Source: Marsupella aquatica
Lineage: Eukaryota; Plantae; Marchantiophyta
Reading direction: 5' to 3'
NCBI GenBank assembly: GCA_973895155.1
Contig: OZ316893.1
Location: forward strand, 14,972,645-15,036,644
DNA: 64,000 nt
Shown here: in pieces, positions 12,101-25,460 of the stretch
How positions within the stretch are numbered: the stretch's first letter is position 1
How the letters are laid out: each line of letters starts with the position of its first letter
Notes under the pieces: generated by a model
Told to the model about the DNA's origin: nothing
What the model saw: the letters and a program-made list of their open reading frames with translations, nothing else
Database searches by the model: none
Translations under genes and position numbers: made by a program

Positions 12101-14677
12101 TCTCGATATCTCCTTCGTCCTCCCGCATGGCATTGCAGCCCCCTTCCAATAGAGTTAGTGAGGCCACAGTCGTAATCTCTTATGCTACTTGCTGAAATTT
12201 CCAAAGTTGGACTAGCAAAACAAGATAGCTCACTAATTTCCAAAGCTGGACTCATCAAGAAAGAGATGAGCAGAAGCAGGCAGTTCTCAATGCTAAGAAA
12301 TTAGTTATCGATAACACACTGGAGCTCAATTATGTAATAGGGAGAGCTCGACAGAAGAGATACCGCGTTTAAGTGCGGATCTTTGTTTCAGACCGGGTGC
12401 TTTGTATGATCACAAGAACGAAGACCTGAATCAGAACATTGCGAATTCTAGTGCACCATAATTCATCATCAGTACAAGGTGAAGAGCTCTTTAATTTTCT
12501 TTTTGCCTTGAAACATCCAAAAGGAAAGAATTTTACTTCAAACGACTACTGTAAAGGTTACATCCTCGTCGGCTCCTCATGAGGTGTTGGGATCTGACGA
12601 GGTGTAAAATGCGTGGCTGACTTACAGGGTCCATGGGGGTTATCAAGTCCAACGTTACAGTCTATCAGGGCTTCCTTTTCAAGATGACATTCGCCACCCT
12701 GGCGAATTAATAAACTTTAAATTTTACCCCCACTGCCCCTCTATCAGTGCAATCCAACTACAGTGCGGAGCCGTATCTAACTGCATGCACTAGTGCTGGT
12801 ACTTGGTACTACGGTACTGTATTTAGTACGTAGCCTCCTCAGTCAATCAATCATTACAATACCTTACTTTCCGTGCGTTTCCTTGCCATGCAGGCATGCA
12901 CTCATGCAGCGTAACCTTCTGCACTATCATCATTCTCCCGTCTTTAGGTGCCGTGTCACCTCTTATGGCTGTTATTATTGGCGAATAAGGATTCCATTGA
13001 TTAAAGGACACACTACAATTGTCTAGGGGGATTTTACTTATTTATTTTAAAATACTGTAGACCATGATGGCAAGTACTATCTGGAATATATATATCACGC
13101 TACAGAAGAACAAGAGACGCACAAACAGGGCACACAGGCAAAAGACCCAATTAAGGGGAGGCCAGCAAGAAACCGACAAAGAAAAAAGCCCACTCCTGGG
13201 ATCCTATCTATCTGCAAACTAGCCTCATTAGGGGTTCCTTGAACTCAAATAGAGTCGAAGGAGACAGAAAATCTGGCAGGAAAAAAGTATTCTCTATCAT
13301 TTTCTGTTCTTCTTTGCCCCCAGCCATATGTGCACTCTCACTTTCAATTATGCGGGTGTAGAGGCTTTTGATCAGGCTTTATTGATTAGATTACAGACTA
13401 GGGAAGACAGTTGCACTGTCCAACCACTTTTGATCTTATGGATAACCATTAGATCTAATCAGGACCGGGGCATTTCAACTTGCCCTTTGTATCATTGGGC
13501 ATTTCAACTTGCCCTTTGTATCATTGGTCAGCCAAGGATTTGCCGTAAAAATGGCCAGTGAGGTTCCAGCCCTTTCGCCTTTCAACTAACAAGTGAGTTT
13601 GATTCTCTTAAATTGGTGACGAGCTTCAAATCAGTTTTATCCAAGTGCAAGTGTTTTTTAGCAGAAGTGATGTTGACCTATGTGACACGGGTAACGTGTC
13701 ACTTAACGGAACCCAGGTCGTAGATTAGGCCTTATACAGGCATTAGGACCGTAGCCATAGCGTAGAATAGCACGTGTAGCCATCTGTTGCCATTATGAAT
13801 AGATTAGGAGTAGGTTAAAATGACCGAATAATTACGAGTTCAGGAAGAGGATTATTACGCACGACCGAGGTACGGTGGCGGCCGCGGAGTAAAAATCAGT
13901 TAGAGGAATCACGCTTGGACCGAGGCGCCGACTTCAGCTCGTTATCAATGACCAAACGGCCTGGCCTTCTCACGCTCGGGCTCATCCTGGCACCTCCATA
14001 AGAGAGGAGCCGATGGTGCTGCGGGCCATTTGCTCATGTCTACCTTTTTTTTGAATTCGCGGACGTTGCCACCCACTCGCCCTTCTGATCGAATCAAGTC
14101 GACCTTTACAAGGAGATTATCGAGGGAGAAGAGCGGAATGTGGCGAGATTTAGTCAGGACGAGCGAGGCCTCCACGAGAAAGAAGACCAGCCGGGTGGGA
14201 ACGCGGACTCAACGAACCGGACTACGAGGTTAGTATGACCCTCACAGCCTTGGGATTTTGGACCTTGTTTGGCGAGGTAGGTGCTAAGTTCTCCGAGACT
14301 TACTGGTACTCTTGTCCCGAGAAAGCCGCTTACGAACGAAGATACGCGAAGCTGGTGACCAAGGTAGCACTGGTTAATTGCGAAAGGACAGCCATCACTA
14401 GGGATTCCAGCTACAACGAGCTGCGAGACTTTATACCAAACTATATCTCAGCGAGGAAGGGCTTAGATCGGTAGCAGAGGCGATTCTTGAGGTCCCAGCG
14501 AAGTTCTTTAAGCTGAAGGGCAGCCAGCGGCTTACTCAAGCGGAGTTCAACAAGATTCCAGGGTACCTAGACCAGCAGATCGCAGTCGAAAAGCGCCAAG
14601 AAGACATCAGCAAACAACGGGAAGCGGCGCGTAATCTTACGTTCCTCGGGGAAAGCTCCAACGCCTTCAACTGGGAT

Positions 14678-16528
14678 ATGGCTACCCCGATGACCACCGG
14701 CGTACCGCCGAACCGGTCCCAAGTCCGTCCAGTAATCAACACAAAGTGTTCTTTGGGTTCCGAGCGAGCTAGTCCGCAACTCAAACAGCGTCCTTGTAAG
14801 CGGCCAAGGACTACGACGGCCCCCGAATCAACAACGCGGACCAACGCCGCGACTGCACCTACCCCGGTAAACCCCTCGACCAACCAGACCCGATGGCCCC
14901 CGGATAACCTGAAGTCCAACTTATTACAGGTAATCCGCGTCCCCGAAGTAGTCTGGATCACGATCAAGAAACTCGAACATGTAGACTATCTAAAGGAGCA
15001 TCAGTTGGAGCAGTTCGCTCACTTGCTTTGGAGGCCGTGCGCTGCCGGGCCGAAGGAGATTTGTGAGTTCATCTCCAATTTCGACACTGACGCATCGACC
15101 ACCAAGGTTTCGGGGCAGGCCTTATCACTCACGGAGCATCGGTTAACGCAAATCTTCTGCCTACCAACCGGGCAAGTGCCGGTGGAAATCCGAATTTGAG
15201 ATAAGGAGTATACGCCGCGACACTTCAAACCCGAGGGTAAGACGGACAACGGATACAAGCAGGGGGCATGCACCAACTTAACCTGTATGGAGCGGCTTAA
15301 TTTCATACGGACTACCCTACACATGATTGAGCCACGATCCGAGATTTCCCTCTGCACGATCGTGCAAGTGGAACAGTACAAACGACGAAACTGGACCCAA
15401 TTCTTCTACCGAAGATTCTCGGGGGAGCTGAAGCGGGCTCAGGGTGGTATGGCTATTGGGGGGAAGACTTACTTGGGAAGTCATATCGCCATTATCCTCG
15501 CCTGGTACAAGGCACGGCGGGAGGCCAGAGGAAAGAATATGGCCACCTCAGCCCCGGCTAATGTCACCCCCGCCCCGGAGGAGGCAACCCCGAGCATGCG
15601 GACTACCGTCCCTCGGGCAAACCCCGAGCCGGAAGCCCCGACTAATACTCCGCCACCTCCTCCTGTGGAAATTCCGCCGCCCCCTTCCGTTGAGCCTCCA
15701 CTACTCGCAGTACAACCACCCCCAATCCCTCCACCACCTAAAGATATCTTCCCCTCCCCAGCGCTGACTACAAAGGAGATCGTTGCTCCACCTGAGGAGC
15801 CACCGGTACCCGAGAGGATGGAGGACTACCAAGTAGCCCCGGGGACCATGGCCTACGACCTGGTCCAGAAGTTTAGCCAGACTATGTCTGGGGAGCTGGC
15901 AACATACATCGGACAACAAGTCTCGGCGTACTTTCAACCAGCCTTCTTCATGTTAGAGCACCAACCACGGATCGTAAGCCGCTTGGAAGAAGAACTCATG
16001 GCGAAGGGGAATGAGATCGGGCGCCTCCAGATGCTGGTAGAGCACCTCGAGGAGGAGGCAACAACCCACCGCGAGGAGTTAGTCCGCACCGTCAAACAGC
16101 GGGACGGACTAACCCAGGAGTTAAGCGGAGCGCAGGCCGAACTCAAGAAGCTGGACGACACCGTGCTTCAATTACGCTCAGAATCTTCGGCTCGGGTTAC
16201 CAGCCTGACCGACCTCAACAAACAATTCCTGCAGGCAGCACAGCAGGTGGCTAGTCTCTCCGCCGAACGAGATAAATTGCTAGCGCAGGACCAGATCCAT
16301 CGCGACTCCATCGACCAGCTCAATCTGGAGGTAGCGCGGCTCCAGACCGAGGCCGATGAAGCTGCAAATGAGGCGGAGGAGGCGGTATGGGACAACAAGG
16401 CCTTGCAGGACCGCATTACCCTGCTCGTCCTCCAACGGGGAAAGCCTGGGCCCACCTCTGATCAAGGCGGCTCGAGGTCTCGTCCTGACAAGGGGACCAG
16501 TCCTGGTCCAACCACTGCACACACGTAA
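14678..16528 (+). pseudogene. Retrotransposon accessory ORF (plant-transposon/mobile-domain-like, Pro-rich linker, coiled coil) with one in-frame stop
   Basis: ORFs 14678-15199 and 15287-16528 share a frame joined across one TGA at 15197-15199, and the frame stays open upstream to ~14401. EICEFISNF...KVSGQALSLTEHRLTQIFCLP resembles extra ORFs of plant LTR elements (from memory). Heptad-rich C-terminus. Confidence 0.65.
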
Positions 16529-16786
16529 GGGGTGGTTAGCAAAGGGTGGAAGCAGGCGCCGCGCGAGGCAGTTAAGACAGCAGCATCTTTTGGTTAGGCG
16601 TAACGACAGAATGACTGTCATTAGGCGCCGATTAGCGGCAGTAAGAAGAATTAGGGCCGGATCAGTTAGGATCAGCCAACGTAGGATGGAGTCCATCAAC
16701 GGACTAGAGTTTGTCAGTAGGCTTGGCCACTGCCATCCCGGTCGGCACCTTGTCATCGACGGTCAACCAGTCAGGGCGGCGCGCCC

Positions 16787-16832
16787 AGTAGTCAGTAGGT
16801 AGTTAGTCAGTAGGTAGTTAGTCAGTAGGTAG
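16787..16832. repeat. 15-bp tandem repeat (TAGTCAGTAGGTAGT)x3 inside the TG...CA element
   Basis: Directly visible. Confidence 0.85.
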
Positions 16833-18683
16833 TATCCCGGAAGGCAGTATCCTCCGGCTCTCCTCCGCGATTGTAGTATTTAGGCTTCCCCTTCCGCTAT
16901 GGAAGGGGGAGAAGGCTTAGTTATCTCAGCAGAAGAAAGGTGAGGCACGAGGAGTCCTGGCCTGAGCAGGGTCAGAGCGCACCAAGGAGTGAGAGCCAGA
17001 GTCGAGCTTGCTGGGCAAGTGCGAGGCAGGGCCTCGTAGAGACTGGGCATCAACTGCCGTTGGGCCTGCTGACCCCCTTTGAAGTCGAGTCAACCATGTA
17101 AACTGATGCTTCGTTGAGTAAATGTAGTCTTTTCCCCCTAATGTTTCCACAAGTAACTGGTGTTGTGTGTATGCTTTGTCTGGATAAAGGCGCCATTTTA
17201 AGGGATGTACCGGGTGCGGACTAATGGTAGGGATTGCCACTCATTGTATGTCACAAGGTCCTGTCGTGTCGATGGCTTGAAAGGCCCCAAGCCGGGAGTT
17301 AGTCCGAGTCACTAACTGAGGGAACATTCCAGCGGTGGAAAACAAATATACTTATGACTAGTACGAATTACGCAGGTGTTATACCAGTAAGTATATCGAC
17401 TTAGCCCGACTTAGGGCTAATAGAGGTCACTACACACCTCCTTGCCCGAACCCTCACCCTTACTGGTGGTCGAGGTCGCACCATGGCACTAAACTGGATT
17501 TAAGGCCCAGGTTAGCGGCGCGACAACCTAAATAGTTCTTGAGGATTAGCCCAGTTTGTTATTGCCCAAAGTGTCACAACAGAAAATGTTGTGATTACAT
17601 TGAATCCTTTTTGTCCAATGATGCAAAAGTTGGCCTTGAAGTTGGAAGGTGCAAACACGCAAAGTGAGGGCAATTACGTTGGGAGGAAGAAACAGGCTCC
17701 TGACCCTTTGGTTACTGTCTTTCTTTTCCTTTTTCTTTTCCCTCGATATGTTTGATCCCTGAGTGGTTGTTGGCCTTTTGATTGTGTTTGATCTGGCAAA
17801 TTCTATATCTGAGAGCGGCAAATGTCAAGTGTTTCAGATAAAGAACATGTTAGGAATATCTTTATTTGAAATTCCAAAATTAGTTTCTGACTGTGAGATC
17901 TCCCTAGATTTAAGGAGGGCCATATTAGATTCTGGCTAATGGGACCTCTGACTAGGTGAGAAACTGGCAATTGGCCGGGACTTCAAAAAAAACTGGCAAA
18001 CTTCCCCTGAAAGTGCAGACTTCTTGCAGAGGTGGAAACTAGCAAAACTTTGCCACTAAAAAAATGCTGGTCCTGACCCCCTGTTTATAATCCCCTTCCA
18101 CCGTCCCCAATTTTCTTCCCAACTATATTCTTCTCCATCCCTCTTTCCTGCCTTTCCTTCCCCCGAGCACGACACCCAACCCACTTCCCAGTTCCCTTAC
18201 CCTCATGCCCCGCCCCCCTCACACTCTCCTCCTCCCCTCTCGCCCCCGGGCAACATACCACTCTTTGCCTCCCAATCCTCTCGCGACTCTTTGCAACACA
18301 CGGGCCTTGAACGTATGTGACCCACTCTCTTATGACGATCCGTGGTGTACGAAAAACAATGCATAAATCCACCGGCTGATACGTATTCCCGCTCAATCCT
18401 CTTCTGGAAGTGAATTACCAAGCCCCTCTCCCCCGCCCCCCGAGACCGGTTTTAGACGTATGAAATGGACCCAAGCAAACGTTATTAGAATTCTCTCTAT
18501 TGGAAAGATATGTTCGAACTTTCGATCCTGAGTCGTCACCTACCGACCATGCGCACTTGCTGTACTTTTCCATCAAGTCAGAGAGTGTAGCTCCGCTCCC
18601 AGCGTCTGCAATAAACTCCACTAAGATATATTCTGGCCACATTTCTTCTGAATGTGAGAGAAGGAATATCATAGGGGCTTCAC

Positions 18684-21600
18684 CTTCCGCCATGCACCTG
18701 CTATGCAGGACGCATCTACATTAGGAGGTCGGGTGCTCCGGAGGCTCGATAGAATCTACGCTTCCAAGGGGGTTGTTAAAGATGCTTTTGACATTTCTTC
18801 CACCATCATCCCCGGAATCCCCCTATCTGACCATGCTCCGGTCCTGGCCAGGATTACCCCACTAGTGCCTCTTAAGCGCTACTCCCAGCATCGTATGAAC
18901 GTCATTCACCAGACTTGAAGCGATTATCAGGAATGCATTTCCCGCATGTGGAAACGGGAGGAGGAATTGTGCAACAGGCGAGGGCTCACGGCCTCCAAGA
19001 CACTAATCCGATGCCTTGCAAAAACACGCAAATTTGACAGGAGTTGAGGGAAAAGGAAGGCCTTGGAAAGACGCCTGAGGGAGGTAACACTTCGTGCCTC
19101 GCTTACTCACGCACAACTACAACTTGAACGGGAACCACAGGACACTGCGCATCAAGCTACACTGCAGGCGGCTGAGGCGTTGCTTCATGAATTCAAAGCA
19201 GAGAAGGTCCAATGGATGGATTACATCCTTCAGTCTCGGTGGATTGGAGAGGGAGACAAATGCTCCAGACTCTTCTTCAGAACATTTAAAGGAATGGCCA
19301 TGAAAAATGAGATCACTCAATTGTTTACCAAGGAGAATCGTTTAATCAGCGACTGGGAGGGGATGGCGGCCACAACAACCAATTTTTTCAAAGAAATATT
19401 GGGCCAATCGGAGGGGGCACAGTGGGAGACGATTTTGCGGGTCTTGGAGCTTCAACACAAACGCATCACCATGGAGGAGCAGGATTCACTAAATGAGCCA
19501 TTAACGTTGGATGAGCTTAGCAGGGCAGCAGTTTCTTTGGCAAGCCATAAATGCCCCGGTCCGGATGGGGTCCCTGTGGAATTTTTTGTGGCGCAATGGA
19601 ACACGGTGGGACGCTCCCTTCTCAGTGCGCTTAATCAAGGTCTGGCCGAGGGGTACTTTTCCTTTGAATACACTCGAGGTTTCATTGTCCTTCTCCGCAA
19701 GAAAGATGACCAGCGCTACTTAACCAACAAACGACCCATTACCCTGCTAAATGTGGTTCACAAGATCGGGGCGAAAGCTTTCCAACTGAGATTGATCCCA
19801 GTCCTGCAGAGATTCATTTCGCCCCAACAATTTGCTTTTCTACCAGGTCGAAACATACACCACTCTTTGATGCTGCTCAATGAAATGTTACATCACGCTA
19901 AAACATCCGGATTGGATTACATTCTGATGAAATTGGATGTCGCCAAGGCGTTTGACAAACTTGAATGGCCCTTTTTGATGTCCATAATGGAGAAAGCTAG
20001 TTTTGATGGACTGCTTATGGACTTCCTGAGAGCCACTCATGCATCGGCATCCTCTGCTATACTCCTCAACTGCCTTATGGCGGCACCCTTTGGTCTTGCC
20101 AGATCGGTTAGACAAGGCTGCCCTCTGTCTCCTCTTCTATTCCTTATCGCTATCGATGCTCTCAGCTGGATGATCAATTGGGCAGTAGACAGGGGCACTA
20201 TCCAAGGCGTCAACATCCAAACCGTAGCAGTACATAATGTACACAATCTTTACGCAGACGACCTCGCCATGCTGATCAGAGCTTACATGGAAAATGTGGA
20301 AAGCTGCAAGCGACTCCTTCAACTTTTCGGGGTGGCATCTGGGCTGGTGTGTGTATGGGAGAAAACAAAGGCAGCGTTCATTTCTCCTCGCAGAATACCC
20401 ATTGAATTTAGGAGACTCCCTTGGCAGTGGGAAGACGATGCCACAGCCACGAAGCTATTAGGCATTCCGATTGCTCAGAACATCTCTGAAGTCCAAATGG
20501 TCTCCTCCCTGACCGAAAAGCTTGAATCCAGATTAGACAGGGTCTGGAAGAGCTCGGGGTCGCTCATCACCCGGGTCACAGTGGCAAATCACCTCGTCAT
20601 GAGCACCTTGTGGTTTATGTTGACTATTTGGGCTGGCCAACATAGTACCCTGGTTGCACTTCAACGAAAGATCACAACATTCGTATGGGCAGGGCAGAAT
20701 ACTAGAGCTCGATCGAGGGTCGATTTCACCACGATCACAAGGCCAAAAGGCCAAGGGGGCCTTGGACTCATTTCAGTTGCAGCACAATTCAGAGCACTGG
20801 CCGGGAACTTCATTATTTGGGCACTGTCCGGAGCAGATCACCCCCTACGTCGAATTCTCCAGCATGAGATCAAGCAGCTTTCTAAGCGGAAATGGGGAGT
20901 GGAAGATTATACCTGGGTCTTTTCGCAGTGCCACACTCTTCCACTGAATGGGTCCAAAGTGTGGACCAATGTATGCACAGGGTGGAACGTCATCAAGAAA
21001 AATCTGAGAGCTACATCTCCTGCGCATCTGGAAGGATGGAGTGACCTTCCCCTTTGGCAACCGCACATTAACCACATCCACGCAAATCAAGCCAAATGTC
21101 GGAGCAATCCACAGAGGAAAATCAGGAGGGCTGGCTTTGTTGTCATGAGAGACGTCTTGGATGGGAGGGGGCAATTCATCAACTGGGAGGATGGACCTAA
21201 CGCTATGCTTCCCCCAAATTGCTCCTCTGCGTATCGTAAGTTAATTGCTAACCTTCGTACTGTGCCTGAGCTACACAGGAATCCTGGGGAACTTGTCCCT
21301 CTCTTCATGGAGGCCCGATTGCCATGTGGGACTCTTTACATCTGGGAATACCAGGTACCCAGACACCGCATTACGTCCCAATGGCAGTGGTTCAATGACA
21401 TTGCTCACCCCAGACGTACCTTTAGGGTGGTCAATGACACTCTTCGCAAATTGGATACCATTGCTCCTCCGACAGATGTCATCTTGCACCGGGTGTTGAC
21501 CAGGAACGGCAACCGAGCTTCCAACCACATGCACCGCGTTGGAAGGCCCCATGGATTGTTGGCACCTCTGTTGCAGCACGAATGGAAGGATGGACTCTCC

Positions 21601-22655
21601 TTTCTGGAAACTAACACCGCCCACTTACGTGAAATTCAGGCGCCACTCAATGGAACACTCCACAAAGCGATTCACAAATGGGCCATCAGATTGAATTGGC
21701 AGCCCCACCCACGGACGCTCTGGGCTGATACATGGCTACCTTTCCGAGCTGCTAGCGAGAATTGCTACTTGTGGCAACTGATTTACAGGATACCTGCAAC
21801 ATAGCACTGGAGGTTCCCGAGACTACCATCAACCAATCCGGCCACCTGGTGCACCCGGTGTGGCACTAACCAACAGGAAGATATCGTTCATTGCATTTGG
21901 AGCTGCAATCAGTTGCAAATAGTCTGGAGGTGGGTTCATTTTGTGCTACAGCTATGTGCTTGTTCTAGGGGAAATCTTATTCACCTACAGCCAGTCCACA
22001 TTTTTGTTGGGGAGCCCCTACCGGAGCATTGGGACGTCCCCATGAAGCTGTGGCATACCTTAAGGGCCATTATCTGCTGGAACTTGTGGAAGGACAGAAG
22101 TACCCACTTCATTGAACACACCCGACCCCACCCACAAGGAGTTATCAGAAAATCTTGGCATCGACTTGGAATCTACCTACGTCGTGATTGGGGCCGGATT
22201 AAGGTTCGTATCCAGGTTGGAAAGATCACTTCAAGGGAGGCGCACAACGAGATGACGTTTCACTATGGCACCTGGGCTGGCCTTTGGGAACTCCATGAGG
22301 AATCCCTTCAAGTCCCACCTGTACCTCCACGACCACCATGAGTCACTTTGGTTGTTCAGGTTAGGAAGTTGCACTACAGACTGATTGTTTGGAGCTCTGC
22401 TCCCGCATGGATCCACTGGCAGGAACCCCGCCGGAACCTGGTCACTGGCCGGTCTTTAGGAGTATGCTGCTCCGACTGTAGTTTCTAAATTACTTGTTTA
22501 GTTGCCCCTTATGGGCTCAGCTTTCTCCCTGGTCCCGGCCCCACCGGTTTCTGCATGCTGACCTCCGGTCCCTTGGGTTGGTGCCCTTTGTGGGCCCCCC
22601 CTTTTTGTATGTTGGCTATTTGAATGGAATTCATTTGGTTCTTTCGAGGTAAAAA
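18684..22655 (+). mobile_element. 5'-truncated L1-type LINE retrotransposon (copy 1)
   Basis: 19-bp TSD AATATCATAGGGGCTTCAC at 18665-18683 and 22656-22674, short poly(A) tail. Contains an endonuclease tail (RLDRIY...SDH), RT motifs (PGPDG, RPITLLN, KLDVAKAFD, VRQGCPLSP, LYADD) and a CCHC knuckle (CTRC...HCIWSC). Confidence 0.95.
18703..22341 (+). pseudogene. LINE ORF2 remnant (endonuclease tail, RT, zinc knuckle) with three in-frame stops
   Basis: Single reading frame interrupted by stops at 18916, 19045 and 21802. Ends QVPPVPPRPP*. Confidence 0.9.
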
Positions 22656-25310
22656 AATATCATAGGGGCTTCACAACCGTAGAAGCCAGGAATTCCTGAC
22701 ACAGAATACAACTGCGAGCACCCTAGCAGAAATTAAACTTAACTGACGCCTGGTAGTTTTGGCCAACGAGTACCATAAATAAAAGGAAGTTATGAGTAGT
22801 CGGCTCTGAATGCATCAGCAGTGAGGCGGTCAGAAAATAAAGAAGCTCTATGTAAAGTCTTCAACTATCACTCCGCCCATAGCTTCACGGTACTGTAAGT
22901 TTCTTGGAGAACTTGATGAGAAAGATACGGTATCCACGTGGATCATACGCAGGACACCAATAAATCTCTACTCCAGTAACTCGGATTGGAACTTTATAAC
23001 GTACGGAGAAATTGCATTGTCTCAATTTGCCTCACGGAATAGGACGACTGATTGATGAACGAGAAATTTCGATTTGTCGGCGTTCGACAAGAAAGTAAAG
23101 ACGGAAGTAACTATAGTTCATGAGAATCAAGATCAATCGTCAAATTGAATACAAGAGACTATGCGTACCGTAGTTCTCATCACAAATTGCTTGTACATGC
23201 AATGACGTAAAACTCCTATCCTAACCGTTGTTGGTGCCTTCGAGTTCGAAGGAACTCTGGAAGGCGTTAGCCTCGTGAAACATTTACAAATTCAACTCTT
23301 GTCAGATACTCAGATCTGGTTCAGAAAATAACTGGGCGAGTTGAGTTGAGTAGAAATTTTCTGGATGCGGTACAGTACAAAAAGAGTTATATGGTATATT
23401 ACAAATGAAGAAGTATTGACGTTTCGATCGTATCGATGATATGTAGTTTTGTTTTGTGTTCTTGAGCGATCCGAAATCAGTAGAGTTTACTGCATCAAAC
23501 TGACACGAAAAAACACTGTTGCTATTCTTGATTCACGCATCAAACTGACACGAAAAAACAGTGTTGCACGAGAATTTCACTTAGAAAAAATTGCAACTTT
23601 TCCAATGATCCTTAAAGATCACTATATATAGGTACTCATTTGCTTGTGAGAAATCATCCAATCTGTCTACTGTATTGAGACTCGAATGTACAATGAGATC
23701 TCGCCAAACTGCAGCTAGCTATGAACCACAACAAGTTTGCACACTGAAAACCGTGAGCATTTAAACAGACTAGCGACATTCTCTGGGAACAATGAGTTAG
23801 CATACTCGAGGACATTGATGCAACTTTAGCATTGGAATGGCTGAACCAGATAGCTAGTACTCGTCGTCACGACGAGGCGGCATTATGGTTGCTTCCAGGC
23901 CGTTGTGAACGCTCCAGCCTCACAGCATTCATGTCGTTTTGCCCTAGGTTGCTGCCTGCATCATTCCATTACCCATGGGCTGCAATTCTTTTGTGGACTA
24001 CTCGAATGCAGTCAATTGAGCAAATTTGACTGCGGGGTTGACTGGGCCAAGTACAGTTGTCAATATTGGACCACGAACTAGACGATTGTTCCAAGCACAG
24101 CCTCGGAATTGGAAGCAACTTTGCTGAAGCTTCTTACCGAAATCTCCTTTCCATCCATAGTTGAGGAAAGGTTTTTCATGCGCATGAATTTTTGAGCATC
24201 AATTAAAGTTGTCAAAGTGTGTAACTCCTTTGAGTCCCAAAGTAAGCTACTCAATAACAGTTAGTGGTTATTGACGCAAACGTAGCTACCGTGACTGACT
24301 GCAAGCTATCAATGTCTACTGGTCTTACAACAAGTATTGTTCCATCTGGATTCTTGTCTAACCTACCGCCATCGCCGACTAAATGTCATTGAAAAGTCCG
24401 TGAACCGGACCCGGGCTAGTCTGGTTGCATAGTCCTAGATCACACTTTTGCCATTGTAGTGGATTTGATATCAAAATCATGAATCCAAAACAAACTTTCC
24501 ACAATTTGCCAATCCAGTGGTTCACTCTCGAGAATGTTGCCTTTTGCCAATCCTGGCCTACACTTTAAATTGACAGTTAATTGATAGTAATCTCTTTTTT
24601 TCTCTTGGCGAAAGTATTTCTTGGACTGGTCGATTTCTTACAATCCCCCTGCCACATTTAGTTCCCAGAAAAATTGAGCTTCAATGTGCTTCCCACCCTG
24701 CTGTCCTCTGCCTCCTCGACACAAAACCCAATTTGCTGCTAAACATATGATTGTCGCATTGAAGCCTCTCACTCACCCTTTAGTATATGGCAATTCGTGA
24801 AGGGATGACTGCAAGTCCTTCTTGACTGACCCTCCATTCCATCCTTCGAATTGCAGGCTACTAACTCCGATCTTACATCCCTGTCCCTCCTCCTTCAAAG
24901 ACCTCTGTACAAAAAAACTTATTCGCGGCACCAGCAATTATTGAAGATGCCCGAGCAAAGCTGAAGATTCCCCCAGCATCAATCACAGAACCAGCAATCC
25001 CCAGTGGGGATGTTGCTGAACTGCTTATCGGAGGTGTGATTGATAAGGACATAATGCCCGGAAGTCCACAGACACCAAATCCCCAGTCTTGTTGTCATCA
25101 CAAATTCTGTCTTGAGCCTCCACTGGATAGAGCTCTCCGGTGGCCACCGAGTTCCACAACAAAATCCAGTGGCATAAGATTTGGCCGTCACGGCCCGGAT
25201 TTCCAGCAGCTCCCATTGCAACTGGAGCATGCTCCTGAGAGGACCCTTATCCAAAGTTGTTCTTATGTAAAAGTTTCTTTTATTCAATAGCCTCTAGAGT
25301 GCCTCTAGAG

Positions 25311-25460
25311 TGACTAATGGTAATGGCATAAGACTAATACATATCAATGGCAAAAAGGTATGGACTATGAATTTGGCACTAGTCTGCGTCCTTTTTGTGT
25401 CAGTAATTTGTAGCTACGAAGTTAAGGTCCATCAAATTCTAAGCTTTGAGAGAACATAAT
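25311..25460 (+). repeat. Dispersed repeat, also at ~32746-32895
   Basis: Shared blocks TGACTAATGGTAATGGC, ATGGCAAAAAG, TTTTTGTGTC, GGTCCATCAAATT, AGCTTTGAGA. Confidence 0.7.

Larger units (their letters stand above)
13681..17525. mobile_element. 3845-bp TG...CA element with 5-bp TSD (solo-LTR-like or internally deleted LTR retrotransposon derivative)
   Basis: ACCTA at 13676-13680 and 17526-17530. Ends are TGTGAC...GCGACA. It is visibly GC-richer than the flanks. No gag/pol motifs and no second LTR copy were seen. Confidence 0.75.

Noticed and set aside
12557-12607. ~15-bp hairpin containing CTGACGAG (hammerhead-core-like)
   Set aside because: No correctly placed GAAA or cleavage triplet, and too short to call a miRNA precursor.
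24300-25290. Minus-strand region that looks like decayed coding sequence
   Set aside because: Many stops and no motif I can assign with confidence.
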